From the NCBI RefSeq assembly GCF_009914755.1, contig NC_060926.1: a stretch of DNA of 64,000 nt. One strand, given 5' to 3'. The translations under genes were made by a program, and so were the position numbers. Positions within the stretch are counted from its first letter, which is position 1; the number at the start of each line of letters is the position of its first letter. The notes beneath the pieces are model-generated. The model worked only from the letters and a program-made list of their open reading frames with translations, did not search any database and was not told the DNA's origin. This document shows, piece by piece, positions 49,790 through 64,000 of this stretch. Origin of the DNA: the human T2T-CHM13v2.0 reference genome, Homo sapiens.

Positions 49790-50744
49790 TCAGCATGCGT
49801 CTGGGGCACTTGTTTAAAGCCAGTATTTGGGAGATACTCATTGTGTAGGTCTGCGTGGGGTTCAGGTGTTTATACATCAGTTAAGCACTTTGAAAAGTGA
49901 TATGCAGAGACCACCTGTTTGCAAGACTCTGGGATTTCACAGATTGCTTTTTAAAAAGTTGTGGGGGATGCACAGCAGATGGGGGTTGACCAACATACAG
50001 TTTCCAGTTCTTTATCAGAGCAAAGTCATTACAAACCAATGAAAAAGCAAATGTGCCATCATTTCATTAAAGAAAGGACATTTTAACACCATAAATATGG
50101 GAAGAACAATTTTGTTATAATGAAAAACTCATCTTAAGAAAGCCCAGGAGGTAAAACTATGTTGATATATAAATTTTTAAAGAGACTATATTAAGGAATT
50201 CAGATATCTTACCTTACTTGGGCTTATTTTTTGTTTCTTTATACAAGCTTGTCAATTTGCACATATATATTTGGTGCAGTGTGAAATGAAGTGACAATAT
50301 CCTACTTCTTCCTGGATTTCATTTTTATCAGTTATTGTTAAAAATCTGTTCCTACATGCATATGTTGACAGAAATAGAAACAACTTTCTTAAAGCTATTT
50401 CACTCAATCTAAAATATTCTGAATAAAGATGAAGAAGGAACCCCATGGTTTCAGCCATTTCTCCTGCTTTTCCTCATTCTCAGTAAAGATGAAAGCTGAT
50501 CTGGTAGGTGATTTGCCTGATTAGCAAGGAAAAGAGCCAGGGCTGGCCCCCAGGGAGCTTAGGGCTGAACATCTGAGGCTGGAGAAGAGAAGCCTGGCAG
50601 AAGAAACCTCACCCTAGATAGATACCATGCCATTGACTTTTGTTAGGAAGCCACTTTTTTTTATTATGTTTGGAAAATGTGAGGAAAATTTGCCAGCCAG
50701 TGGTTCTCTGGAGCACATCAGAATTGAAGCAGGGTTTTTCTCAA

Positions 50745-51505
50745 CCCTTTCACTGGACTTGGAAGAGGGGTGACCCGTTTACTTGGCCTGCCATGCTCAA
50801 CCTCTTGCAGGAGGAAGCACATGAGTGAGTGAGTGTAGGATCCAGCCGGCCACTTTGGGCGCTGGAAGGAGCAGACTCCATGTGGGCCATGCAGTGGCAC
50901 CCAGGTGGGTGTTCCTGCAACCCTAAAGTCCCAGAGGGCATGTTACAGTGCCCTCATCGCTCCACCAGTGAGAGCAAAGGGCCAGTGTGATGGCCTTTTT
51001 TGGGTACCTGCACTAGGTGGGTTCCAAGATCTTATCTGGCATCTAAGGAGAATGAGGTAGCATGGACACCTGAAGGATGGTGAAGGCAGAGAATTTTATT
51101 TAGCGACGGAAATGGGTCTCAGCAGAGAGGGAAGCTGGAGATGGGGCAGGACAGACAATAATCTCCCGAAGTCCAAAGTTAAGCCATTTCTCCTCTGAAG
51201 TCCAGGTGTCCCTCTGAAGTCAAGTCACCTTTCTCCAGTCAAGCCACTTCTCTCTTTCTACCGACTAAGTCTGGGGTCTTTACAGGCACAGGATCGGGGG
51301 TGGGGCAGGCTGTAGGTAGTTTTGGAAAAGGCAACGTTTGATTGGTAAAAAGACATTATTCAGAAAGAACCAATTGGGAGAGAGCAGGCAAACAGGGATA
51401 GAAGTTCTCACTTTGGGTCATGGGTTTCAGGCTTTTCGGCTCAAAGGTGGAGTTTCAGTGGGGTCCTGCCCCTGTCTACCTAGAATTTATCTGCCTCCTG
51501 CCTCT
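50745..51505 (-). mobile_element. ERV1 LTR of the MER52/LTR27/LTR28 group
   Basis: GCTCAACCTCTTGCAGGAGGAAGCAC..., GAATTTTATTTAG..CTCAGCAGAGAGGG, terminal CTGCCTCCTGCCTCTA; subfamily uncertain. Confidence 0.6.
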
Positions 51506-53214
51506 AGCCAAATCGCCTGTATTGCTTTTAAAACAGTTACTTGATCCTAACTCAGACCTAAAGGGTCTGAGTTTCTGGGAGGTTTGGCATGGGTATTTTA
51601 TTTTTCCTAAACCATACAAATGACCTCACCTTTGTTAAGAATCTTGCCATGCATCAATGGTTCTTACCCCTGGCTGCCTGTTACGTTTACTGGGAGAAGT
51701 GCCAGGGCCTTACTTAGGAATGCTTTGCGTGGGAATATCTGGCTGGGGATGATGGGGCTGGACATCAGTGGTTTCTAAAAGCTCTCCAGATGACTCTACT
51801 TTGCACCTGGGGTAAAGAATTTCAGGGGAAATATGCTTGTATTCACATAATTGTGCACAGTTTCAGGAGCTCAGTGTAAGGAATCCTGCACGTCACAGTT
51901 TGAAGCCAGTAGTCAGCCAGTCTTTAGTGTGACTGAATAAATCACGGGGCTTCCTCAGGTGGCACACCCAGGGCAAGCATTGTGATACTAACTAATGCTT
52001 CTTGAGGACTTTCTGGGTCCCCAGCCCCATTTGAGGGGTTTCAACTTATTGCTCTGTCTCTCAGGGACTTAAGAAGGTCAGCATTTTTATTAACCTCATT
52101 TTACAGGAGAGGGAATGAAGGTCAAATCAATTGTCTGGATTCATGCCCTGAGTAATGATGTAACCTGGCTCAGCACTTATCCCCTTAACCAGAACGCTGG
52201 GCAGGAGGAAGAAGAGCTTGTCTGGGAAAGGGTTTGGAGGGGATTGTTGAGAAGGAAAGTTAATGGAGAAGCTCCCAGCATGTTGGCAAGTAAGGGTGAG
52301 TCAGCTTTGCTAAGTGCAGAAGCTGGTGGAAAGGCACTTGGGAACATCCCTGGGTGGGAAGGAGAGTTGGTGCATGAAGTTTGTTTGATCAAAGACAAAC
52401 TTCCTTGTCCTATTTCAAAAATTCCCCAGAGCTTTGTACCCAAAGGAGAGGACGAAGACTGTTTTTCGGTGTGAGGCATGAGGCACGTAAGCTGTAAAGT
52501 GCTCTTCAGTGGTGAGCTCTTCTTATTACCATGTGGCCACTCAAAGAAAAGTCATTTGAATCGAAGGTATAGTATTACACGTTCAGTCTCTGGAATGAGG
52601 GCAGTCATGGCCCTTTCCTTTGTGTTGTTCCGACCACACCAAGAGAAGAAGCCATGCTTTGGAAGGAAAAAAGAAGATCAGGAAAATGCTCTTACAGGAT
52701 GGAGTCATAAAGATGAAGGCACTGGAAACTGTGGTGTGAGGAACCAGTGGGGTTTCGAGGTGATCTTAAAGGCCATGTAAAGCTGGCTTCCGCTGGGCTG
52801 TCCTGTAGAAGAGAAGTTAGATATGCCAGGTACAGTTCCAAGGGCTAACCTGGTAGGTAGAGGCAGGAGGTTTTATCCTATTAGAAGAAAGCTATCTATC
52901 TCCAACTGTCTTGAGAAGTGTATTGTTTGTTACCAGAAAGAACCAAGATAGGGTGAACATTGGCTTCAAAGAGAGTGTACCTTTCAAGGTCTTTGTAACT
53001 AACATTCAGTAGTTCTATGATGATTCCTCAGCCTCACTCAGTTACGGAACAAGACTTTATTGGTTTATTGGCGTTGTGCTGAGCTTGAGTGATGCAGTGG
53101 TGAATTCGTTGACTTGGCAGGTAAAGGAGACGGAGAAATAAACAACTCCATTCCTATACTTACTCCAAAACCCAGGTAGTGAGTTCAGATTCTTTAGCAC
53201 TGTGTTTCCTATTT

Positions 53215-53514
53215 ATATTTTATTTTATTTTTTGAGACAGGATCTGGCTCTGTCACTCAGGCTGGAGTGCAATGGCTCCATCTTGGCTCACTGAAACCCT
53301 GCCTCCTGGGCTCAAATGATCCTCCCACCTCAGCCTCCCAAGTAGCTGGGACCACAGATGTGCACCACCACACTCAGTTAATTTTTATATTTTTTGTAGA
53401 TATGTGGTTTTTCCATGTTCCCCAGGCTGGTCTCAAGCACCTGGGCTCAAGCAATCCTCCCTCCTCGGCCTCCCAAAGTGCTGGAATTACAGTCGTGAGC
53501 CACTGTGCCCAGCC
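53215..53514 (-). mobile_element. AluJ
   Basis: TSD CTATTTATATTTTA. Confidence 0.9.
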
Positions 53515-54845
53515 TTCTATTTATATTTTAGAGTTCTCTCTCTCTCTGTTTTATTTTTATGTCCCTCTTTCTTTACATTTAGTATCTTCTTTTCCTCTTC
53601 TGAAGCCATCTGTCTCTTAGTTATTTTTTCTTGTATCTCCTATTCTTTCACTTATTCCATTCCTATTACCATTAATATATGGGTGTACTCCACTTATATA
53701 GGTATATATCTAAATATCTGCTCATTGTTTCTATATTCCTGGTTACAATAGAAAAATCAAATTAGTATAGTCTGCAAATATTTAAGCATCACACATAACT
53801 TTCATCAAACCCATGACATATTTCAATAACAGAGAAAATCATCCCTTCTCTCCTCCAAACCAGTTCTCTGAAAGGAGAACTTCCTTCCTCCGCCTTAGTC
53901 ATGGGAAGTACTGAGAAGTTTATACCAGAAAATACATCTAACATTGTATATTTTGTTACTGGATAATGAATAGCTTTCTTGTTCTGCCTAGGGTTATCAG
54001 GTGCCAAACATTTCTAGAACAGTAGCCTCAGTAGGACAGCCAACCCTGACAATTCATTGTTTAAAAAGTGGGGGTTTCCACTGTGAAAAAATGATTTGAA
54101 TTTTTTTCTTTTCATGTCTATAGGTTAAAATCATGCGTGAATTTTGATAATAAGCATTTCAATATAGTTCTGCTTTACCATAAAAGTGGAGAGCATGTAA
54201 CAACATATTTTAGGAACATTAACTTGAATACAAAAAAATAAAAAATCCCTGTAGGCAATAGCACTTCCTGCTTCAAGAAAGAAATAAATCAAGGTAGTAG
54301 TGGAAGCAGGAGGCTGCATATGAACACAGTTCTGTTACCTGTAAACTATGTTCAGGTACATTTAACCATACGTTTAAACAGTGATATAGTCCAGAAGTTT
54401 TAATATGATATTGGCCCTGTATTCTAAAGGAGGTTTTACCCCGATAACTTTCTACCTGCAAAAAGAAATCAGACCCCAGTTAGGATGAGATTTTCCCTGG
54501 CTTTATGCCCTGCTAGATAATAGAAATTCTTTTTTTATCATTCCTGTAATGTTGCACACTTTTTACTCATTGTATCCCTGAAAAAGATATGGCCAGTTGT
54601 CTGACTGCCACAGAGATCATCAATTGTTAAGGGATAGGGAAATGACATTTCATGATTTGTGCCAGGTACTTTACAAGGTGGTTTACACCTATTTCTTGGG
54701 ATAATTCTTCTAGCTACAGATAAACATTTTACACATGGAGTACTGAGGCTTGGCTCTGAGAAGGTCAGTAAATTGTCCACATTCTCATAGGGATTAGGTA
54801 GCAGAGTAGGAATTCGAACTCCCACCATTCTGATCCTAACACTTC

Positions 54846-54989
54846 TTTTTTTTTTTTTTTTGTATTTTTAGTAGAGATGGGCTTTTACCATGTTGGTCAG
54901 GCTGGTCTCAAACTCCTGACCTCAGGTGATCTGCTCGCCTCGGCCTCCCAGAGTGCTGGGATTACACACGTGAGCCACCACTCACGGCC
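54846..54989 (-). mobile_element. AluS left arm only, ending in an expanded linker poly-A
   Basis: TSD CCTAACACT(T)CTT around a single arm. Confidence 0.85.
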
Positions 54990-55524
54990 TCCTAACACTC
55001 TTGAACTTTTCATCACAGCTAAGAACATAGCTCAGATTTGGGTTTAAACACCCTGCTCCCATTCTTTCTCACAGCTCAGAGAGGACTTGGGTGGGAAGGT
55101 CACATAAAAAACTTGAGCTGGAAGGATGCCTCAGAAATGTAGTCTTTGGTTTCTCAGCCTCCAGCTTGCAGTGGAGCCAAGTCCATGGGGGTTGGGATGG
55201 AGCTGATGGAGCCAAAGTCCAATTCTTGCCATAGACCAAAGCTTTGACCACTTGACACCCATGTGTCCCCATCTTCCCACACTTAAACTTTCAAACCACA
55301 ATAGCAACAAAAAAATGCTCTCTTGATGGCAATAAAACCATCCCTCATGCAAATGAGAATACTTTTTTCCCAAAGCAGGGACCGCAAATGTCATCAGTTG
55401 CAGCGTTCATCTCTGGGGTTTAGTCCTTCTTTCTTTAGTTTAACCACAGTCCTGTATGGTTTTACTATAACCTATGGACAAAATTATGAAGTTAACACCC
55501 ACCAAAAAGCCTCATGTAAAATCG

Positions 55525-56180
<656 letters not shown>

Positions 56181-56932
56181 ATAGTAGAAAAATGGGAGAG
56201 AGAAAAAAATAAGACACAGCGTGGAAAGAAGAAATAAGTTTGCTATAACGATGAACAGTGTTCATTTCCGCAACTGATCATGAAGTTTATTTGGTATTTA
56301 TTGTGTCTATTTCCTCCTCCACTGCCAATTCTGTGATCTCTTTGCCTTCAGCAGGCTAGGGTGTTTATTTAGGGGGGGGTCATCCAAACCTTCCTTTGTG
56401 AATGGCATGAACCCTAGGAAGGTCCTTGTCATGTTGGTTCCCATGGTCTTCCACTGACTTTTACCACCTGACATGACAAGATTTCTGGGTTTGAGGAATA
56501 TTCTCCCATCAACTGTATGATTTAACAGGAACTCCATTTCCCCTTGATAATCAGTCTACTCTTCCCAGTCAATGTGGTAAATCCCTCCCCTGCTTTTTTT
56601 TTGGATTGTTTATTCAGGGACAAAAGGAACCTGAAATGGCCAAAGGGTAGCTTTTAGTTACGGGAACACGGGTGTGTCTAATGGTGGAATAATTTTGTTC
56701 TTACGATCTCAGACGTCTGAACAAGCAGAATCACAGTCGAATAGATCATGATCAGACTTTTTTGAGTAAATTACTGGGTGGAATGTGAAGAGATGCCACT
56801 CACATTCCCACCATTGGCATCCAGAACAACGTGTTCTGACCATAGGAGAGACAGCGCCCAAGATGGTCGGGTGCTGGTTCACAGCAAAAAAACCACATCA
56901 AGAACAACACACCCCAACCTAACAAATATTGC

Positions 56933-57229
<297 letters not shown>

Positions 57230-57338
57230 AAGTGTTGCTTTTCCACTCGGCCCTGGAGCTGAGTGTTCTATAGGCCAGTTGCTCAGGCAAGGTATGTGGC
57301 AAGAGAAGAGAACCATTTGACTGCCTTGATTCTTGTGA

Positions 57339-57712
<374 letters not shown>

Positions 57713-58064
57713 AGATATGGAAAATTCTTATCTAGCATAAGTCTTTTTCACTGTGGGCAATTTTCTGTCCCCTTTGTGATGAGCAGTTCCAACACAATCA
57801 ACCTTCTGGTGGGTGTCAGCCTGGCTCTCCAGGGATGGTAAAAGAATGGGCTTCAAGGTTGATTGCTGCTGCAGGCAATTTGGATGCGTAGCAGTGCAAT
57901 TGGCAAGCCAGCCCAGTGGCAATAGATAGGCCAGCCTTGGTGACAAGGAATCCTCTATGGGCCATGTCTTACCTTTATTTCAGCCTCTTACACCACTTTA
58001 TTAATGAGCCCATTGAGCATAAACTGGGGTTGGTGGGGAGGAGGCTGACTGACAGCCAGTGTGG

Positions 58065-58370
58065 ATTTATTTATTTATTTATTTATTTTTTTGAGACAGG
58101 GTCTCATTCTCTCATTCTGTAACTCAGGCTGGATTGCAGTGGCACGATCTCGGCTCACTGCAGCCGCCGCCTCCTGGGTTCAAGTGATTCTCCTGCTTCA
58201 GCCTTCTGAGTAGCTTGGATTACAGGCACATGCCACCACACCTGGCTAATTTTCGCATTTTTAGTTTCGGCATGTTGGTCAGGCTGGTCTTGAACTCCTG
58301 ACCTCAGGTGATCCACCTGCCTTGGCCTCCTAAAGTGCTGGGATTACAGAGGTGACCCACTGAGCCCAGT
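58065..58370 (-). mobile_element. AluS with (TTTA)n tail
   Basis: Full dimer with a small internal deletion. Confidence 0.88.
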
Positions 58371-59769
58371 CTCTAATCACTTCTTTTACTAATTAATGAT
58401 TGGGTAGGACTCAGTGGTAGTTTTAACTAAAGTGATCGAAACGGGAAGTACGTTTTCCAAATCATTAGTGGGCGAGAACAGATTCTGAGCAGAATTTTCA
58501 GGTGGGTCTGCCAAAGCAACACTGCAGAACTGTTCACTAGGCCTGTGGCTGACTCTGCTATGATCAGGGAATAGGGAACTGGGACACCAGCACACAGCTG
58601 ATGGCTGTGGGCCACAATCTCGCTGGCATTCTGAATGGCCTGCACTTGTCTTGTCACCATCCATGATGCTAGAGCCCAGCTGTGGAGAGCTCTGTTAGAG
58701 CTGCTGCAGAAGGAAACAGACTACCCCCATGATGACCGGGCTGAGCTTGCCTGCGGCAGTCCTGACTCTACCTGCCAATGCTGCTTCTGCTTCCCAGATG
58801 GCACGGGCATCACCTGGGTGTTGCCTGCTTGATGGGAATCAGGCCACACGTGGAACCTGGGCCCTGAAGCTGTCTGCGGTCTCCAGCAGGCACTAGGCCC
58901 ACTGGCAGGGAAATGAAACAGAACTGAATGAGCCAACCAAAGCTGCCAATGTGGCCATGTCAGAGTTTTGGAAATAAAAGGACTTAACTGATAAAATATG
59001 AGGAAAAGGGGAAAGGGATTGTTCAGGAGGGCTTTGAAGAAGAAAGAGATGGTTTAGGAAAAGGAGCTGCTACAAAGGCAGAGTTGGAGACAGAAACATG
59101 GAACTAAAACATAAGAGAGAAAGAAAAAAGACAGAAAGGCAGGAAAAAGCGAAAGGAGCTTCAAGACAAAAGGGAGTGCCAACAGTCTGAGAAAGAAAGA
59201 GGAGGTGGAGAGGATCTGGAATCCCCCTTTGGGAGAGTAGCCAAGGTTTGCGCAGCTACACCTTCCCCCCATTACCTACTACTGTTGCTCTTTTGAGATG
59301 CTGGGCAGTCTGTGAGATTTATGTCCTGGGAACAAAGTTAACAGAGGCAGTAACAAGCATAAAACCATAGGCTTTAAAAGTTTTTATCATTTTAAGTATT
59401 TCCTGTATATATTTCCATTGAAAACAAGAAATAAGAACAAGCTGATCTTTCCCTTTCTGCTTTAAAATGTCACTTTTCAGCAAGCACATGTTCAGTTCAG
59501 TTGACACACACAAAGCCAAAATCCTGGCTGAGACACATTCAAGCTATTATCATCTTGGAATTTGTTACGGTAAGTCCTGCAGGGACTGTGTGGTGTTGAG
59601 TTGGCACAGACGCACCTCAGAGAAGCAGTAGTATAAACAGTTCTGTATTTGCAAAAGGAAATAAGAAAATAATTGAAAAAGTAAGAAATTTAGACCAAGG
59701 CAAGTAAAATTGGCTAAATAAAGAACTATTTCAAAATGGCCTTAAACAGAGAGGGCGTATCAAGCTGTG

Positions 59770-59920
59770 CTCTTCTCTCAAAGCCTCAATTTGTCATCTG
59801 TAAAATGGGAACAATGGTCCTTACTGCATAGTTTTTGTGAAGATTGAAGCAGATGATTTGGGTGATACAATTAACCCAGAGCCTGGTACAAAGTATGCAT
59901 TCAATAAATGTTAATTATTA
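59770..59920 (+). mobile_element. MIR
   Basis: CCTCAATTTGTCATCTGTAAAATGGG..GCCTGGTACA..TCAATAAATGTT. Confidence 0.8.
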
Positions 59921-59963
59921 TCATTGTTACCATTGCTAGCATGTTTGGTGTCATGGCAAGGAG

Positions 59964-60268
59964 TTCTCTCTCTCTCTCTCTCTTTCTCGGAGTCTCACTC
60001 TGTCACTCAGGCTGGAGTACAGTGGCGTGCAATCTTGGCTCACTGCTACCTCTTGCCTCCCAGGTTCAAGCGATGTTCCTGCCTCAGTCTCCCAAGTAGC
60101 TGGGATTATAGGCGCCCACCACCACACCCAGCTAATTTTTGTATTTTTAGTAGACATGGGGTTTCACCATGTTGCTCAGGCTGGTCTCAAACTCCTGATC
60201 TCAAGTGATCTGCCCGCCTCTACCTCCCAAAATGCTGGGGTTACAGGCGTGAGCCACCGCGCCCGGCC
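59964..60268 (-). mobile_element. AluS with (CT)n tail
   Basis: Full dimer. Confidence 0.9.
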
Positions 60269-60449
60269 AAGTTATTTCAAAGATAAGTTTTAGGTAGCTA
60301 AAAGGAAAGAGTTTGCTCAATACTTAGGCTCTTTTGTCTGGCCTAGGCTCTGGGCTCCCTTCCTCCTTCCCTCCCTTCCTTCCTTCATTTCTTCCTTCCT
60401 TCCTTCCTTTTCTGAATATTTTGTTGTATTTATTGTTTATTTTATTATA

Positions 60450-60708
60450 AAAAGTTTTATTTTTATTATTTGTAAAAATTTTTGTGGGTACATAGTAGGT
60501 ATATATATTGATAGGGTACATGAGATATTTTGACACAGCATGCAATGTGAAATAAGCACATTTCAGATGTCTCTGAGGATTGGGAAAAAAAAGCACATCA
60601 TGGAGAATGGGTTATCCATCCCCTGAAGCATTTATCTTTTGAGTTACAAAAAACCCAATTACATTATTTAAGTTATTTTAAAATATACAATTAAGTTATT
60701 ATTGACCT
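60450..60708 (-). mobile_element. L1MA 3' end fragment
   Basis: TTTTTGTGGGTACATAGTAGGTATATATATT..GGGTACATGAGATATTTTGA. Confidence 0.8.
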
Positions 60709-60748
60709 ACGGAAAGAATGTAAATGCTCTTATAAAACAGGTGTACAC

Positions 60749-60766
60749 TTCTGCCCCCTACTGGCA
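60749..60766 (-). promoter_or_regulatory. CTCF consensus site (CCAGTAGGGGGCAG on the minus strand)
   Basis: Exact match to CCASYAGRKGGCRS; motif evidence only. Confidence 0.6.
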
Positions 60767-62869
60767 GTGAGCTATTTAGCAGATAAATAACCTTGACCTA
60801 ATTGCAACAATCCCTCGATGTGGTATTTTATTTGGAATAGATGGTTAGACATATTTTGCATATCAACACGTATTCCAGAGTTAAACAATTTAGTTATAGA
60901 AGTGGTTAATTCCGTTACGATAATGTTCAACGAAAAAAGATTTTAGGTGCCTAGAAATTGGGTATACAGCCCACTGTATATATTTACATCATTTGTTTTA
61001 TACAATAGCCCCATGAGGCAGATAGTATTATTATCCCCGTTTTGATTTGAGCAAATCGAGGTTCTAAAAGGGATCTGCTAGTAAGTGGAAGAACTGGCAT
61101 TCAAACGTCAAGCTCCTCTGACTCACATTTGTGTCCTTTCCGGGCAGGCCATCAGGCCTCCCTAAAGAGGACGAACTCATCAGCAACATCAAAAGTCTGA
61201 CTCTTGGCAGGTCTGATGTAATTACACATTGCACCATCTTTCCCTCACTTCATTTTCATTGAAAAGCAACTTGCAACCAAGTACACTAGAGGAGAGTATA
61301 AGCTCATGAGGGAGTGTGGAGAGGTGAAGGCTTTTTGTGAGCAGGGCTAGTCTAGGGGGAGCCTACAATGATCAGCTGCCCCCTGGGCACGTGTCCAGGG
61401 CTGGGTGGCCCACTGAGCAGTCTGGATAGCTCCCAAAGCCCTGCCAGTGAGTGGGGCAAAGGCTGGCCCTTGCTCAGCTTGGGTTTTCTGGCTGCGGGAA
61501 TGCCCCCATTAGGCCTGGAGGTCCTGGCAGTGTGAAGGAACACCCTCTAACCCAGAGCTGATGCCTTTCCCTAATCTGCCCAAAGTCATGGCTTGTGCTA
61601 GCAGTGGCACCATATAAAGCATGGCAGGATGTCTTTACCTGTTTGCATGAAATTCACAAGCCTAGCCAGGGCCTTTTTCTCAGGCAAGGCAGAGGGCACC
61701 AGTGATCTGATTCCAGTCAATCCCCAGCACCACTACCATCAGCATATTTAGAGAATGACTCATTTAACTGGGTAGAAGGGAGAAGGAGGGAGACAATTAG
61801 TCACAGTTGGAGGTAGGAGGGCAGGAGAGAACTTCTTTGGAATTTTGGGATCCAAGAAGAGAGATAAATGACGCCGAGCTTCTTTGAGGTGATCCTGGAA
61901 ATCCAGCAAGCCTCACAAAGCAGCTTTCATGCATTGCAGAAAGGAGTGGGCATTGAGTGGAAATGGCAGCCTGATGCAGGCTGGAGAGAGATGACTAATT
62001 TATCTGTCAAACTGGCAAGTTTAGGTATTTAGAAGTTCACTGGACCCCAGAGTGGGGCATGGAAGTCACCAAGAACTACAGGTTCTTTAAGGGACCCAGG
62101 GCCAAGAGGAGAGACTCCAGAAGTGGCACACAGCAGACTGTCCTCTGGGGGCTGAAACAGGGTGCAGTGACATTTCAGCAAGTTGCTGCAGTGAAGGTGG
62201 TAGGAGGCACCCTGACAAGCTGAGGAGGGCATTATAATGCAAGTGGGAGCATAGAACCAATGACAACCAAGGCTAATAATTTCAGACCTTTTCTCCATTA
62301 ATCCGCAAAGGGCTATTGTATCAGATCCTTCAGGAGTTTAGAGTAAACCCTGTAAGAGGAAGAAAAATCAGACAAGTAACACCGAATAGAATGGAGTTTT
62401 CAACATGAATGAATGAACCATCACTAGGGTCCCGCGAGTTTACTTGAGAGTGGCCAGATGCAGTTGTTGGCATAGGGATTGGAGGCAGGCATTGTACGGT
62501 AGGGACATTTTGGAGTGTGTGATGTGAACTCCACATCCAGCACATACTGTTGCAGAAAATCAAATTGAGCATGTGGACAAGGTGTTCTTCACTGGGTGAG
62601 GCTTTAGAACAGCTGACGTGGGAGGCTTACTGGGTGGCAGAATGACAAGAATCAAAGCTAGAGCAGGAATAAGTGAGTCGTGGTGCCTGAGTGCTGAATG
62701 GAATGAGCGAAAATCATTTGCAGTTGAGTAACTGAGGATTAGAAGGGCAAACGATTTGCTTAAAGGTCATCAATGAAAGGGCAGGATTGGAACTTCTGTC
62801 TTCCAACGAGCAACCCACTGTTTCATACCTTTCCACATTTATCTTTTTGTGAAAACACACAGACACACA

Positions 62870-63170
62870 GCGAGCACAAGATCATGGAACCATAGAAACG
62901 AAAGGAAAATTTTATCTAGTCCTGTCTCTCAGCCGACTTAGTATTATGTTTTACAATCATCTTGGCAACCGGTCAAACTGCCTCAGCTAGAACATTTCCA
63001 GTGCTGGGAAATTCTCATACTTTTGGACACAGCTTAGTCTATTCATCCATTACTGGACAAACTGGCAATGGAGTTCTTTATAGGGAGCCAACATCTGCCT
63101 CCATGAATCCAACTCTCTTAGCCCTGCCCTCTAGTTCTGCACATAATCAATGACTTCCTCTTCCAAATCA
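62870..63170 (-). mobile_element. L3/CR1 fragment
   Basis: TTCCAGTGCTGGGAAATTCTC..TTTTGGACA..AGTTCTTTA..GAGCCAACATCTGCCTCC resembles the L3 consensus. Confidence 0.55.
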
Positions 63171-63619
63171 TAATGAAAATCACTCACTAATCAAGGACCT
63201 ATGGTGTGCCAGTCAGAAAGGGTGGCATTATGCCCACCCCAGGGTCTCTGGTTCATGTTCCAGATATCCCTGGTCTTTCTGCACCTGTATCGTTCTTCTC
63301 TGGACTGTCTCTAGCTTGGGAAGGTATAGAATCCATTCTTCCCTTCCAGATCCTCTAGGCCATTTATTTAAGAAAGTAAATCTATTTGGGTCCACAGAGA
63401 AAGTAGTTATGATTTTAAAAATATAAACTAATTTTAATGTTTAAGCCAACTGTACTAACACTAATTGATATAATTAGCAAGGTATACTTGTCAAGGATCA
63501 CACAAAAGATTCCAAATTGCAGTTGGAGCAATTGTTGACCTAGATCATCAATTGAAATGGAAATGATATGTACATGCCCTTTCCTCAGTTTCAAACAAAT
63601 TTAGCATAATAATGCTTAT

Positions 63620-63815
63620 TATTATCATCACCGTCCCTAATTCTTACAGAATGTTTCAAGTGAATCAGGCTCATAGTGACAACTCTATGAATTGGATACG
63701 ATGATCATTTCTAGCTTTTTGAGGAGGAAACTAAAGCCCAGAGAGGTGATGGACCTTGCCCAAGATCGCATGTCTAGAAAACGGTAGGCTTCAAGTCAGG
63801 CATTCTGCTCTAATG
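63620..63815 (-). mobile_element. MIR
   Basis: GAGGAAACTAAAGCCCAGAGAGGTGATGGACCTTGCCCAAGATCGCA. Confidence 0.75.
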
Positions 63816-63949
63816 CCTCAGTGGCAAAGCTGTTTATCAGCTGTGCCAGCTGTTTATCAGCCTGCCATGTACTGGCATTGACCCATCAGTGAATGTAAAT
63901 TTGGTCACACCTAGAGGTCTCTCTCCCACTGACCTACAATCATTTCTTC

Positions 63950-64000
63950 CTTTCTTCTTTTTTGTTTTGTTTTTTTAGATGGAGTTTCGCTCTTGTCACC
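63950..64000 (-). mobile_element. Alu 3' end, truncated by the window edge
   Basis: T-rich tail + AGATGGAGTTTCGCTCTTGTCACC. Confidence 0.85.

Noticed and set aside
63828-63866. Tandem AGCTGTTTATCAGC duplication
   Set aside because: Ordinary short slippage duplication
63536-63939. Isolated RORE-like motifs (63536, 63930) and scattered TGAGTCA AP-1 sites elsewhere in the window
   Set aside because: Single 7-10-mers are expected by chance in 64 kb

Overview
Human-type (Alu/L1/ERV-rich primate) genomic DNA. It contains one intact protein-coding gene, the 4-exon chemokine CCL20 (MIP-3alpha/LARC; + strand, CDS 12306-15476, 96 aa), with a recognisable ETS/NF-kB/C-EBP/TATA promoter, a NAGNAG acceptor, and a 3'UTR carrying AREs and a miR-21 site. 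About 9-12 kb upstream is a near full-length, intronless, inactivated ABCG2-like retrocopy (about 102-3437) interrupted by Alus and a THE1 LTR. The rest is mostly interspersed repeats: about 35 Alus, a 3'-truncated L1PA, old L1M/L2/MIR/L3 fragments, solo LTRs (LTR2B, LTR16, MST, MER4 x2, LTR8, MER61, MER52/LTR27-like) and MER DNA elements. Almost all other ORFs in the track are repeat-derived or spurious. I found no convincing new multi-gene system. The most unusual observations are: (1) an L1 fragment plus telomere hexamers inserted within a 22-bp duplication; (2) possible past purifying selection on the ABCG2 retrocopy; (3) a composite Alu inside a single TSD (candidate 3' transduction or templated insertion); (4) inverted Alus and hairpins showing template-switch or conversion scars; (5) a paired-RORE candidate Th17 enhancer and a CTCF site downstream of CCL20. 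Repeat subfamily calls and comparisons with ABCG2 are from memory of consensus sequences and were not computed.
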